DNA of 63,428 nucleotides, filler included, from Nemertoderma westbladi (Eukaryota; Animalia; Xenacoelomorpha), in NCBI GenBank assembly GCA_032718475.1. It is 4 parts of 4 records of this genome, joined end to end, with 100 filler letters (N's around TTAATTAATTAA, not from the genome) between each part and the next. Parts side by side here need not be neighbours in the genome. Positions count along the whole stretch, not along the records: positions 47,035 to 60,073 come from JAUCBJ010004735.1; positions 60,174 to 63,428 come from JAUCBJ010001532.1; 2 more parts are not named here. The stretch is one strand, 5' to 3'. Position 1 is the stretch's first letter, and each line of letters opens with the position of its first letter. The notes below the pieces were generated by a model. The model had not been told where the DNA came from and did not search any database. It saw nothing but the letters and a program-made list of their open reading frames with translations. Shown in pieces: positions 51,394 to 63,428 of this stretch. A program made the position numbers and the translations under genes.

Positions 51394-52620
51394 TTAGGTC
51401 TCCGTAGTAACCGTATGAAAATCCCTGATGCGATTTAATAGAATTCTATTGTATAGCTTTGCAGCAATCGAGATCAATGAGATTCCCCGAAAAGAACCAT
51501 AGAGTGTTAGGGTGCACTTCTTGGGAACTGGCACCAACTTATTTGTTTTCATTTCTTGTGGGACTCTTGTTGTTCGGTACATGTCTACTACTGTATGATG
51601 GGATAGATGAGCTTTAAACACTCAGGTATTTTAAAGACCTCAGGGGGAACACCATCTACTCCACTGGCACGATTGGTCTTAATGCTCTTTGCAGTAGCTT
51701 TCACTTCTGCAAAGGAGATATCACCAATGGGAATATCTGGGAGTACAGACTCAGACACTTTTACTTCTATAAAGTTATCAGGCAATACCCTGTCATTATT
51801 GAGGGGCTTTTCAAAGTGGGCCTTCCAACCATTGAGGCGATCGGCTGGTGATTCAGCCTTAACCTTGGTGGTTGGTTGGCTTTTTAGACCAGCAAGCAAG
51901 TTGATCGATCTCCATGCCTGTGATGATTGCCTGCTGTCGTCAGCATGATTGATGGCATCAACCTGTTGGTTTATTAGCTCCTGTAAATTAACAGAGTACT
52001 GCCTGTTTCAGGGACCTAGATGCAGCCTTAACTGCATTCTTGGCCACTGTAGTCTGTTTGAGTCGGGACTCTTTCTGCGCCTTGTAGAGGTCATTTCGGC
52101 ACTTCTGAATTTTGTTGTCAGTCCAGGGGGCCCGTTTCCTGTTTCGAGGGTATACAGGAACTGTTTCTGCAGCTGCTAACTTAACTGCTTCTGTGAAGGC
52201 AGTATAGCCCTCACAGTGATCTGCCGCCTCAGAGGCAAGAACCTCATACCTGTTGCTCAGCTGTAGTGTGAAGCTGGATTTCACACTTGGCTGTTGCAAC
52301 AGAGAGGACCAGTCATGCCGCGGCAAGGCAGATTTCATTGTTCTGCTAGCACGCATACTAAGTCTTACCTTGGCCACAATAAGGCAGTGATCACTGGAGA
52401 AGGGTCGTAGTGTAAATGCATTACAGTCTTGTATAGAGCTCCTGTATTTCCTACGAAACAGGATATGGTCTATCTGGGACTTGTGACCACTGGGTCCACT
52501 ATGAGTCCATAGCTTTCCAGTTCGCTTCTTGAACTGGGTTCCAGCCGAAAACAATAAAATTCCAGAGATAAAATCCTGAAGACTGATCTTGGCCGCTGTA
52601 GTGCGGTGTACACCTTGTAC
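51394..52620 (-). pseudogene. Degenerate RTE-like LINE fragment (APE endonuclease C-terminus to RT N-terminus)
   Basis: WTHSGPSGHKSQIDHIL, SSDHCL, KTNRASGVDGVPPEVFK and FRGISLISIAAKLYNRILLNRIR spread over frameshifted ORFs. Confidence 0.8.
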
Positions 52621-53721
52621 TGTAAATCTCCAACAGCTCTGGCATACCCTCCATTAGCGTAGTACCTGGTAGTAGTATAGCCAACTGTATTTCAGGAAAC
52701 ACCCTTCTTTGGATCTAACATGATGTCACCACGAATAACTGAAAGAATATCTTCAACATGAACAGGATAAAACCTGAACCTTTCAAAAAAAATCATATTG
52801 TCGTAATTGGGATAACGGGTTGTACTTCTTATTATATACTGGTTTACGCCTGTTACCAATTTCTATGTCAAACTGAACACGCCACATGTTAATGTTAAAT
52901 ATTAAAGTTGGCAATATTACATGGTGTGTTAACACGTGCTTCTGCTAATAGCCTAAACAGAGGTTTTACCTCTGTTAAGGAAAATGTTCTCAGTTAGTTC
53001 ACAGAGAACTAACAGTGAACGTAAAACTCACCCTTTAACAGTGACTTATCAGACAGAGAACTAACATTGCCAATAACTCACCGACTAAAATTATCAGCGA
53101 ACAAATCTTCTTTGTTAGCTTAACAGAGGCTTAACAGAGGCAATTGCTCATCGCCCCAGGCCTTGGTTATTGTGTGCGGTAAAGCCAAAATCTACTTATT
53201 AACTAAATAACACTTCAAATATCTATGTCGGCACCGATGGTGGGTAGACCGCACTGAAAAAATAGTTTATGTAAGAAATTCCTTAATTCCACTAAGTAAG
53301 ATACACAGCTACAGCCGCATGGTAGCTGTTCAAGCTACCGTTCAGTTCTGTTATGGCACTTTTATTTGATACAAACAATTTATTCTGCGAAACTACATAA
53401 TATTCTGGGGTGATGGGTGATGTTAAATTATATTTTTGGGACTTGAGAGTAGTGCTCGCAAATCCCATCTCTGCGAATAGGTATATATAATGTTAATTAT
53501 CAATTAATAATTTAATTAATAATTTAATAAAAAATTTAATTAATAATATCAATAATTAGCTGTTCATAGTGGCACCTTATTATAATCAAAACAATAAACA
53601 GAAGTCAATAGGCCTAGCGTAGGTTACGGTATAATTGATTCCTGTAATTTCAATCCTTGTATTATAGCCTCCCTCCCAATCTGTATTTAAGAATCAACCC
53701 CACGTATTAGACTTTATCGTA

Positions 53722-53800
53722 AGCAGCTGCTTGGTCTAGTGGTGGTAACATTCCTGGGCTTCCAATCACGAGGCCCTGGTTCGATCCCTAGTTAGGGTAG
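53722..53800 (+). pseudogene. tRNA-Gly(TCC)-like pseudogene or SINE head
   Basis: tggtctagtgg A box, ttccaa anticodon-like loop, ggttcgatcc B box; acceptor and anticodon stems do not pair well. Confidence 0.55.
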
Positions 53801-55571
53801 CATTGTTAGGGCACCGTGCTTTAAATGCTGCAGCCTAGCCCAACCCTGGTTTTCCATCCTTGACAAATTTATATAATAATAATATTATAATAATATCTAG
53901 TTTGTCACTTTTACTGTACACCCCTTTTGATGTAAGACAATTCCAATTTCTAAAGGTATATAACAGTTTAATTAAACTGTTGTGCTTACGTAACGTTTTA
54001 AGTTAATTTTTTTAAACCGAGTTTTTAAAGCCGACTTAGTCTCTAAGTAAGACGAGTTTGTCTCTACATGAGACGACTTTGTCTCTACGCATCCCGCGTT
54101 GTTTTTAAGCCGACTTTTTAGGCTATGCCCAACGAATATATATCTTAATAATATAGAAAACCCCATATATTTAGGGGATCATTGCCTAATATTTCACTTA
54201 CATGTAATTTACTGAGGCATCACCACTCTATTACTACATTACTCACACCTACCCACACGCTATCGAGCAAACAGTAGTTCTTAGTATATTTATTAATTGT
54301 GATTGTTTCGTCTTGTCGAGTTCGGCGTTGCCAACATTATCTTCAGACAAAGAAACGGGACAATTGATAAATTCCTGGAATATGCGTCATTAATTCCTAT
54401 AGCCAATGTTTCTCTTTAATATTAATTGTATTCAACTGTATTTCAGCAAACTTTATATGGGGAATTGGTAATTAAACTTAATTTTTGGATTTTCAGCCAA
54501 GCAATAGATTGAAACAATGTACCTGATGTAAACAGGTTGTAATTATTTCGCAGTACCAGTACCGGTAGCAATCATCATTCAGTTACTGGTAAAACTCTTA
54601 TAGGTAGAAGGATATGAGTTAGGGTTCATAACTACGGAGGTCCAGCCGGTAGTATTGAGGTGAAATGGACCCAGTGAGCTGTGCAACCGCGGGTGCAAAA
54701 TAATACAATCATTCAGTGTCCAATATAATTAATATGCAATTTGTAGAAGAGAAGTGGCTACAACTTGGTTGACCATGTCCGGTTGTACGCCTCCTGGTCT
54801 GTTAGTCGACTGTCTATCCTGTCCGGTCCGTGACTATTAGGTGTGTCTGCGGTTAGGTACATATGGATTATTGTATGTGTGTAGTAGTGTGGTGTAATCT
54901 ATATTCACCTACCTAGTGTGTAGTTTGTGCTTCGTGCATTCATAAATAAGCGTCACAGAGAGGTGCAGATGAGTCAGATGGTATTTTGTACAGATAGGTC
55001 AGTTTTATAGATCAGTCATCCATCTATACAGTGGCCATGCACAACTCTTTGTGACATTTTTTCTGCTTTTTTCCTTGAAAGATTTCCTGTTTTAATTAAC
55101 GTTGTGTATGTAGGTGTGTGTGTGGGCGTATTTGTATCCATTCCATGTAGTATAGTGAGTGAGCAATGGTTTATCTGTGAATGCGATTAGATGATTAGTG
55201 ACATATGGACTGTATATAAAACATATACGACTCACTGACATTTAGTTTACCTCAAGAAAGCTTCTCATGCATTAATTAGTGCTCCATGGCCATGTTAAGC
55301 AACAAAACTACTAGTAATATCTTGTCTCTGCGACATGCAATATATTTTATTCCAATCTATGGTAATTAATTACATACACTCAATACAAGTTGGGCTGTCC
55401 CGTGTCTACGATCTGAATGTCCCTCGTACCTGTACCAGATTTTTTAATTTAATAATATTTGATATTTTATTGTCATCTTAATTCTTATTACAAGTCTGTA
55501 CCTGTTCAGTTGCCACTAATAATACAATGTAATAATAACCTTAATAATAATAACCTACAATAATAACCTTA

Positions 55572-56238
55572 GTAAAACAGCAGTCTCGATTTTTCGTATT
55601 AAAATAATGCCCATCTTGACATACAACATTACTGTATTTTGGGAATATCTATCTACCGCTAACCTGCACAGTTTGGACCGCGTTAAGGCGTCATTTCTTA
55701 AAAAGACACTTGGTGTCCATAAAAACACTTTAAATCGTCTTGTTTTTGCAATGTGCAAGGAGAATTACCTTGTAGAAGATATTGCAACACAGTTCCATCT
55801 CCCTGACACCGACGCACTGCGCCAATACCGTGCTGAAGTCGCAACAAAAATCGACGACATCCCTCACGACTTCTGGACTTCACCAGCCTTCCAGTCGCGA
55901 GGGTGGACCGTTGCTATGAATAAATTGCGTCACGTAACTACGAGAGTGTCTATACACGGTTTTCACTATTAAATCTGCAAAACTCAGGGCTTTCACTCCC
56001 CTTGTGCCTCGTGCCGCTGTAATCTTTGTGATAACGTTGCTCCCTTGTACCACCTACTAAATTGCCCACAAAACGCCCAGCCAATCAGAGTGTGGGCCGC
56101 CTCAGACTGAATAATATGCTAGACTCATACCATTTTAAATTAATTAATTTATATTATGAATTTGAATTTCATTTATATATTGTTTTATTGTTTATATATA
56201 TTTTACCGTGCCATACCATTCGTAATTAAATTAAATTC
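55572..56238 (+). mobile_element. 5'-truncated LINE (post-RT C-terminus with Cys/His finger)
   Basis: FRIKIMPILTY..W..LDRVKASFLKKTLGV, then C..C..CNLC..YHLLNC after an in-frame stop; 12-bp TSD ataataacctta (55560-55571 / 56239-56250). Confidence 0.7.
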
Positions 56239-56576
56239 ATAATAACCTTATTCAAACAGATATGGCTTACGGTCTGAGTGAACCACTGTCCACCGCCGGG
56301 TTTAAATTTAAATTACTAGATTTCATTTTTTTTAGCTACTAAACTATTTAGCTATATGTAGAAATTCCGGCATTGCAACCGGAACCGGTTGGTTTTGCTC
56401 TAAAATGGCCGGAATTCCGGGTACTAATAGAATAGAATAGGTAAACGAGAGTGTGTTAAACTGTAAAAATAAGTTGGCCTGATATAAGTGAGTCTGGGAA
56501 GGGGCATGGGGGCACTGGTGGCACTGGGGAAAGTAAAGGGCATCATGGTACATATCGCTGGGTGAGTGGGGGAACC

Positions 56577-58166
56577 AAAAGCAAGCAAACAGTTGGCCGA
56601 GGCCGGGGGCTCCTCTTTCGCTAGCTGTTACCCGAGGGTAGGGGGGGGGGGGGGGGGGGGGGGGGACGCTACTCCTATCTGCTGCCCGAAGGTAGGGGTG
56701 GGCGCTACTCCTATCTGCTACCCGAAGGTAGGGGTGGGCGCTACTCCTATCTGCTACCCGAAGGTAGGGCTGGGCGCTACTCCTATCTGCTACCCTATCT
56801 AACAGCGATCACGCACGAAATATAGGTTTCATCATGGACTCGCACCTTACCTTTAAAAAACAAATCTCCAATGTTGTACGAGACTCGTTCTACCATCTTC
56901 GGAACCTATCTAAAATCAAGCGATATCTCTGCAAACCCGACTTAGAAATCTTAATACATGCTTTCATTACAAGTAAATTGGGTAATAATAATTATCTTTA
57001 TTATGGATTGCCTGCCAAATATATGAAAAAGCTGCAATATGTACAAAACTCTGCCGCGCGACTATTAGAAAGTGTCAAGAAGCGAGAACACATAACTCCC
57101 GTTCTAAAACGACTTCATTGGCTGCCTATTAATAGACGGGCGGAATTTAAACTGGCAATGTTGTCTGAATGAATGGCTTGGCACCGCACTATCTCAGTGA
57201 CTTATTGACGCCGTACACACCCGGTAGAGAAATACGTTCCAGCGCGCGCTTGTAATCGTTTGTTAATCCCTCGGTACTCGCTAGAGAACTATGGTAGGCG
57301 CGCCTTCTCCACTGCCGGGCCACATGTTTGGAATTCACTACCTTATGACGTGCGATCAGCCACTACATTGACAATTTTTAAATCGAAACTGAAAACTGTT
57401 TTATTTCAACGCCATTACCATTACGCGCCTTTTTAACTCCTTTTAACTCATTGTATAGGTTTTTATGTCAACATGTTTTTACTGTTTTTTACCGTATTGT
57501 TAATTTTTATTCAAAAGCGCCTTGAAATATGCCTAGAAAGGCGCTATATAAATAAATATATATTATTATTATTATTATTACCCGAAGGTAGGGGTGGGGA
57601 CGCTACTCCTATCTGTTACCCGAGGGTAGGGGTGGGCGCTACTCCTATCTGCTACCCGAAGGTAGGGGTGGGCGCTACTTCTATCTGCTACCCGAGGGCA
57701 GGGCTGGGCGCTACTCCTATCTGTTCCCCGAGGGTAGGGGTGGGCTGGGCGCTACTCCTATCTGCTACCCGAGGGTAGGGGTGGGCGCTACTCCTATCTG
57801 CTACCCGAGGGTAGGGCTGGGCGCTACTTCTTTCTGTTCCCCGAGGGTAGGGGTGGGCTGGGCGCTACTCCTATCTGCTACCCGAGGGTAGGGCTGGGCG
57901 CTACTCCTATCTGTTACCCGAGGGTAGGGGTGGACGCTACTCCTATCTGCTACACGAGGGTAGGGGTGGGCGCTACTCCTATCTGCTACCCGAAGCTTGG
58001 GGTGGGCGCTACTCCTATCACAATGTTTGCTCCCAGTAATTTTGGTTACTGGTACTCATTTTATCGACCCCAATGGATGAAAGACTGAGTGGACCCTGGC
58101 GGGGCTCGAACCTACAACCAATAGATTGCAGGACTGCCACTTAACCAACTGAGCTACTCCACCTCC
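56577..58166 (-). mobile_element. SINE family B copy with an internally amplified 33-bp minisatellite, interrupted by an L2-like LINE
   Basis: Both ends match 12143-12373; the segment gctacccgagggtaggggtgggcgctactcctatct, single-copy there, is repeated ~17 times here. Confidence 0.85.
56800..57580 (+). mobile_element. 5'-truncated L2-clade LINE
   Basis: ARNIGFIMDSHLTF, HAFITSKL, KLQYVQNSAARL, HITPVLKRLHWLPI, GRRAFSTAGPHVWNSLP; 3' gcgcctt..aaggcgc stem-loop, aataaa and (tta)n tail. Confidence 0.85.
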
Positions 58167-58296
58167 GTACCGGTACTTAATGTTATTATATAACGTCGCA
58201 GTATCTGGGCAACTCCTAAGTTATAATATCATTATCCGTTAGTTCGGTTGTGTAGTTATTTTATATACTATTTATTACACTTATTTACTTTTTCAG

Positions 58297-58781
58297 ACGC
58301 GGCTTTAGCGGCTCCTGAATCAGTAGTTATCGTCCATTGTGCTGGAGGCGTAAGTCGGAGCGCCACACTCGTCGTCGCCTATCTAATGAGCGCCTACCGC
58401 ACGGGTCTCAACGTCGCCTTCGAGTTTGTTAAAAAGAAAAAGAGCGACGTTTCCCCAAACATAGGATTTATTAGTCAATTAGAGGAATTTGAGAAGCAAC
58501 TGTTACTGGACGACCCGTTTCGGCCATTGGCCGATCCGTCTCGGCCATTTGCCGATGTGTCCTACGGTCTCGGTCCGGTGGACGTTTCGTCCAGGATCTC
58601 CGATATATTCCCGCGAATGGCCGAAACATCTCCCCGACTGGCCGCAACGTCACCGCGACTGGCCGAAACGACACCGCGACTGGCCGAAACGTCACCCCTA
58701 ATAGCCGATAATAACAAAGCGATCAGCTCCGCCTCCCAACTCCTGTATCAGCTGAGGGTGGACCCTTGTAGCCCTTTATAA
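58297..58781 (+). CDS. DUSP6/7/9-like phosphatase, last exon with catalytic motif
   Basis: tttcAG|ac completes Asp in phase with the previous exon; VHCAGGVSRSAT, AYLM, VSPNIGFISQLEEFE. Intervening intron 48899-58296 (9.4 kb). Confidence 0.9.
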
Positions 58782-59635
58782 CTCCAGTACATCTTTGGGG
58801 CCCATGATTGACCATTCTACTACTATGCACAGCACAATGTATGCCACGTTTTATTTATTTGTTATTAATTCATTGGGACGTATTACTTTTCAACACATTT
58901 TTTCAATTAAAATTAAAATTATAAGGTAACTGTATCGGCCTATATTTATGTACCGCAATTCCATCTAATGTGTTTTTAGTAAAATTATACCCGCCTTGTT
59001 TTATTTAACATCTTGTGTATCGATTAGCGATGATATAGTTCTAATGATAAATTGGTTTATAGTGATAAATTGGTTTAATCTCGGTTTGGTTAAGGTAGTC
59101 CTGACTATTAATTACATCGCATAGCTTCTTACAGTTGCTCATTTCATTTGCAGATTTGTAGCAAAATTAGTTCTCAACCATCGATTTGTAAGTTGTTAAT
59201 CTTTAAGATTAGGAAAGGGTTCAACCCCCCCTCACCTCCACACCAACGCCATGGTTTCATTGTATTACGGTGAACTACAAATGATCTTTATTTTATTTTA
59301 CGGTACTTTAGTGCTTATTTGTTAAACAGTGTCCGAATCTAAATTGTAATTTTTAACTCACAAATTATATTTTTAACTGATTGTTGTTACTAAAGGAATA
59401 ATTGATAGAATTCCCAATTATATTACAACAACAATAGCTAAAGAATATGTTACGCTGAACGCTGCGTATTTAATTTATTGTTTAAACGAATATTATAAGT
59501 AGGTTAGAAGCTCAATGCATTAATATTTAGCCGAATGTAACCAAAACAATTATAGTTTAACAATTATGTAGATTAGATCGGTCGCTTTCAATGTAATTCA
59601 ATTGGATAATTCAATCTTACACGTTCGGGCCCTGA

Positions 59636-59881
59636 CGCAGGACTGGCATTATACGGGAACCGTTAGTTGCCCTCTCGCGGGACTGACATTATACGGGTAC
59701 CGTTAGTCGCCCTCTCGCGGGACTGGCATTATACGGGAACCGTTAGTCGCCCTCTCGCGGGACTGGCATTATACGGGAACCGTTAGTCGCCCTCTCGCGG
59801 GACTGGCATTATACGGGAACCGTTAGTCGCCCTCTCGCGGGACTGACATTATACGGGAACCGTTAGTCGCCCTCTCGCGGG
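59636..59881. repeat. 40-bp tandem repeat (cgggactggcattatacgggaaccgttagtcgccctctcg), ~6 copies
   Basis: Directly visible GC-rich tandem in AT-rich DNA. Confidence 0.95.
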
Positions 59882-60073
59882 AGACAACAATAAATTGTAG
59901 TACTGCATATATCGTGTCGTAATATTGTAGAATATCTGTACAATTCATTATTCTGATGACACGGACTATAACCCCCCCCCCCCCCTCCCCTTTGCATTGA
60001 TTTGTACTTTATAATATAAATTAATTTCAAACGCGCTTTTCGACGTAAAGCCTAACGATACCAAATATTTTAT

Positions 60074-60173
60074 NNNNNNNNNNNNNNNNNNNNNNNNNNN
60101 NNNNNNNNNNNNNNNNNTTAATTAATTAANNNNNNNNNNNNNNNNNNNNNNNNNNNNNNNNNNNNNNNNNNNN
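60074..60173. other. Artificial contig spacer (N-TTAATTAATTAA-N)
   Basis: Same 100-nt linker. Confidence 0.95.
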
Positions 60174-61063
60174 TAATATGTTGTTTTATTGTTAAATTTC
60201 TGGATTACTTAACAACAATAGATAATATTTGCCATTTCTTATATTTATATGTTTTGTTCATGATTCACGAACATTTTCGCTATTATATACTAAATTTCTA
60301 GAACTATGTTCTAGACCTCTTAAAAAGGTTACAGAAAAAAATTCTGGACCATTTTTATGAACCAGCAAACATGTTCTAGAACTACAATTAAAAAATAACA
60401 AAAACTATCTCCGCTAGTATATAAATTTTGAACTATTTTCAAAAATGTAACATAATTATAAAAATAATAGCTAACATGTTGACGAACCGAACATACCAGC
60501 TAATATAAACAAATACCTTATATTAGGTAATTTCCTATTTTAGGTAACTGCAACAATAAATAGTTAATAATAAACTCTGTTATTAATAGTAACGAAGAAT
60601 TCCAGATCCAGAAGTAATCCAGAAATTTAACAATTATTATTCAACTCCTCATGTGTAAAAAACATAAAGTGTTTTACTGACCCATAAAAAAATAATACGA
60701 AATACCACAGGCCTATAAATAATAGGAGATTGCTCCGAATTATCAAAAACAACAAAAACACGATAAAATCTCGGGAACAGTTCCGTATGCAGTCGCATTT
60801 TTAAAATATAAATCATTGCTACCAGGGCAACAATGTAGAATTCTAGAACAAAATATAAGTATTATACACTATTCTAGAACATAAATAAAATAAAAAATAT
60901 AATGTTCTAGAACATATAGCTAGTCATTTGTCATATTTAAAATGGCTAGTAATTAAAAAACAAACTATATTTTTATAATATAAATCATTGTTACCATGCA
61001 AAAAATGTAAACTGTTATAATATCATCAATATGCGACCACTACACCAAGGTGGAACCGAAATA

Positions 61064-61814
61064 CACCATGTGCCGTAATATAGTGTCATTTTCTGATGAC
61101 ATGGACCCCCCCCCCCAGATTTTTCTACAAATCTTTACCATATTGCTTGAAATTTGAAACACAACTAGTTCAACTCACCGTCGATGACCCCATGAAGTCG
61201 GAATTTTCGATTTCGCCTTTAAATTTCTTTAATAAGCGTTTTAAAAAAGTATCTTTTGCGAAATCGCACCCTCTGTATCGTGGACAATCTTCACTTTAGT
61301 CGTAACGTTTTTATATCATTAAAAAGCTTGCGTTCCAAGGATTCCAAATATGTAACAATATCTGAATTTCGTTGAGAAACAGCTGTGTAGCTATTCATTC
61401 TTAAACAAAATGTTCCAGAACTTTGTGTATTTATTAAATGGAATAAATGGCCTTCAGCGAACAATAATTATTGTAATCTTTGAACGCCTATTTCTCAGCT
61501 GATTCTAAGCGAAATTCAGATATTGTTACATATTTGGAATCCTTGCATCGCGAGCTTTTTAATGATATGAAAAAGTTACGACTAAAGTGAAGAATGGCAA
61601 TGATACGGAGGGTGCGATTTCGCAATTAAAACGCTTATAAAATAAATTTAAAGGCGAAATCGAAAATTCCGGCTTCATGGGGTCATCGACGGTGAGTTGA
61701 ACTAGTTGTGTTTCAAATTTCAAGCAATATGATAAAGATTTGTAGAAAAATCTGGTGGGGGGGGGGGGGGGGTCCGTGTCATCAGAAAATGACACTATAT
61801 TACGGGACGTGGTG
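61064..61814. mobile_element. Tc1/mariner-type MITE with ~320-bp TIRs in the RBBP5 intron
   Basis: TA|caccatgtgccgtaatatagtgtc ... gacactatattacgggacgtggtg|TA; the arms are highly similar. Confidence 0.85.
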
Positions 61815-62443
61815 TAAATCATCAATATTTTTGGTCATTAATATATTCTGCAACAGTTTAAACCTGAAATATCAATGTTTTCACATTTTATTATAATTAC
61901 AAAAGAAACTAGCTAGTAAAAAAAACACTAGCTACCATAAAAAAACATATCTACTAATGTTCTAGAACACAAAAAATGCAGTACTTTTAGAAATAAAAAA
62001 AAATTAGGGCCTAATAATATATACCGGTAATAAATCAGGTATCAAAAAATTAAACAGAAAATAACTAGCTAGTCGATTAGCTAATGTTCAAGAACACAAT
62101 ATATTTTTTGAAAAATGTTGCAATGAGGTCGGTGGTAATATTAATATGCGAAAAGTACATCATTTCATTAATTAATATCAAAATATCAAATGCGACTGCA
62201 TGCGGAACTCTAGCCAAAATTTCAGTTATGAAGAAAAAAATGAAATCATACAATGGCCCTTCAGAACCACCATAATGCGAGCAAATCTCAACAATTAATA
62301 ATTTAGTTAATTCATCAATAATAATTATCTAGTAATCTTAATAATAATAATTATCTGTACTATCGAAGTATCTTACCAATTGCTCGTTTAATAACTAATT
62401 TAATAAATAAACATAAATAAATATGTATGACAAGCCAACATAC

Positions 62444-63428
62444 CTTGAAGTCGGGAGCGAATGCGGACCAGTTCTCCACCTGGTTTTGGGCCCAGACGGA
62501 GACGACACCGCTGCTGATTGACGCGATAACGGGTCTCACGGGATGCCAGGCCACATCCAGGAGCAACTCCCCACGTGTTCCGTGCAGGATCTTAACGAGC
62601 GAGCCGATCCCCCTGTCCCACACGTACAGCGCGTGCTGCCGCGCGGACCCGCCCACTATGTACTCACCGTCACCGCTGAACACCGCCTTCTTCCACGCGG
62701 TTTTATTCACCTGATCCTGGAGTTTCTGCACGGGATGAGGGGCCCCGTTGATGCCGCACAGCAGCACCTCCCGATGGCTGTAGATCCGCAGCACTCGATC
62801 CGAACTGTTTACGAGGAAGGCGTCGCCGCGGCGAGCGAACTCGATCCCTTTAGTCGCGATGTGACTCGTCGATGTCTGAGACACTCGGAACGAGGCCTCG
62901 ACCTCCAAGGTAGATGAGTTAACAACGATAACTCGTCCTTTCGCGTTCCCGGAGTAGATGTGAGTCCCGCGGTGGTCGAACGTAGACACAATATTGGCGT
63001 CGGACTCATCGTCTACAGGAAGAGTTCGGTGTCCGCCGCTAGATGGCTCTAAAAGAACCGGCGGGTGTTTCATAGGGCAGACGAGAACCATGTCCGCGTT
63101 GCGTGGGTTGAACTGCACCTTTAGTACCGGGCCAGGGAAGCGGAATCTTTGGTCGCTGTCGCCGGTCATTACGTCCCAGACGGCGAGGTGGTTGTCCGTG
63201 GATACGCTGACCAGTTTGCGACTGTTGCGACTCCAGCTGACCGACGCGGCCGGCTGCACGTGCGCGTTGATTATCTTGGCGACTCCGCGGGTCATAAAGT
63301 CCCAGATAACGATGCGTCCGTCGTTGCAGCCGACCGCGAGAAGGGTCCCCACTCGGTTGAACTGACAGGAGACCGCGAGGCTGTAGCAGTCCAGGGTCCC
63401 GTCGAAGTCTTCAGGGTAACTCTGCCCG
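62444..63428 (-). CDS. RBBP5: Retinoblastoma-binding protein 5 (COMPASS/MLL Swd1 subunit), large WD40 exon, partial gene
   Basis: GQSYPEDFDGTLDC..GTLLAVGCNDGRIVIWDF..KLQDQVNKT.WK..LVKILHGTRGELLLDVAWHPVRP..QVENWSAFAPDFK, then donor |GTATGT at 62443. Confidence 0.95.

Larger units (their letters stand above)
49727..53156. mobile_element. PIF/Harbinger-like non-autonomous TIR element carrying nested insertions
   Basis: gggcgatgagtaattg ... caattgctcatcgccc TIRs, 3-bp CAG TSD on both sides, subterminal aacagag/ctctgtt motifs. Confidence 0.7.

Noticed and set aside
61096-61825. Two similar 67/88-aa ORFs on opposite strands
   Set aside because: Mirror translations of the MITE's inverted arms; no transposase motif.
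62360-62443. C-terminal VCWLVIHIY... of the RBBP5 ORF
   Set aside because: Read-through into the intron after the GTATGT donor.

Overview
Eukaryotic DNA, most likely an invertebrate animal, in four contigs joined by 100-nt N-spacers that each carry the artificial six-frame-stop linker TTAATTAATTAA (25531-25630, 46935-47034, 60074-60173). Host genes: a SOWAH-family ankyrin gene, HSD17B12/KAR, COX10, a 3-exon SLC16/MCT-like transporter, two exons of a DUSP6/7/9-like MAPK phosphatase and one large exon of RBBP5. Several of these are intronless or intron-poor. The rest is dense with tRNA-SINEs, LINE fragments, TIR/foldback elements and hairpin-bearing tandem repeats. Two features stand out. (1) A ~14-kb array of a 26/27-bp hairpin repeat containing TTAGG; it is degenerate proximally, homogeneous distally, runs to the contig end, and carries a CRE-clade retrotransposon and a SINE, each with a clear TSD. 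It is a candidate non-canonical telomere or a retroelement-targeted satellite. (2) A BEL/Pao-derived ~5.9-kb gag-protease polyprotein that is split only at two poly-G runs and whose pol is reduced to in-frame remnants. All calls come from reading the sequence by eye; no database searches were run.
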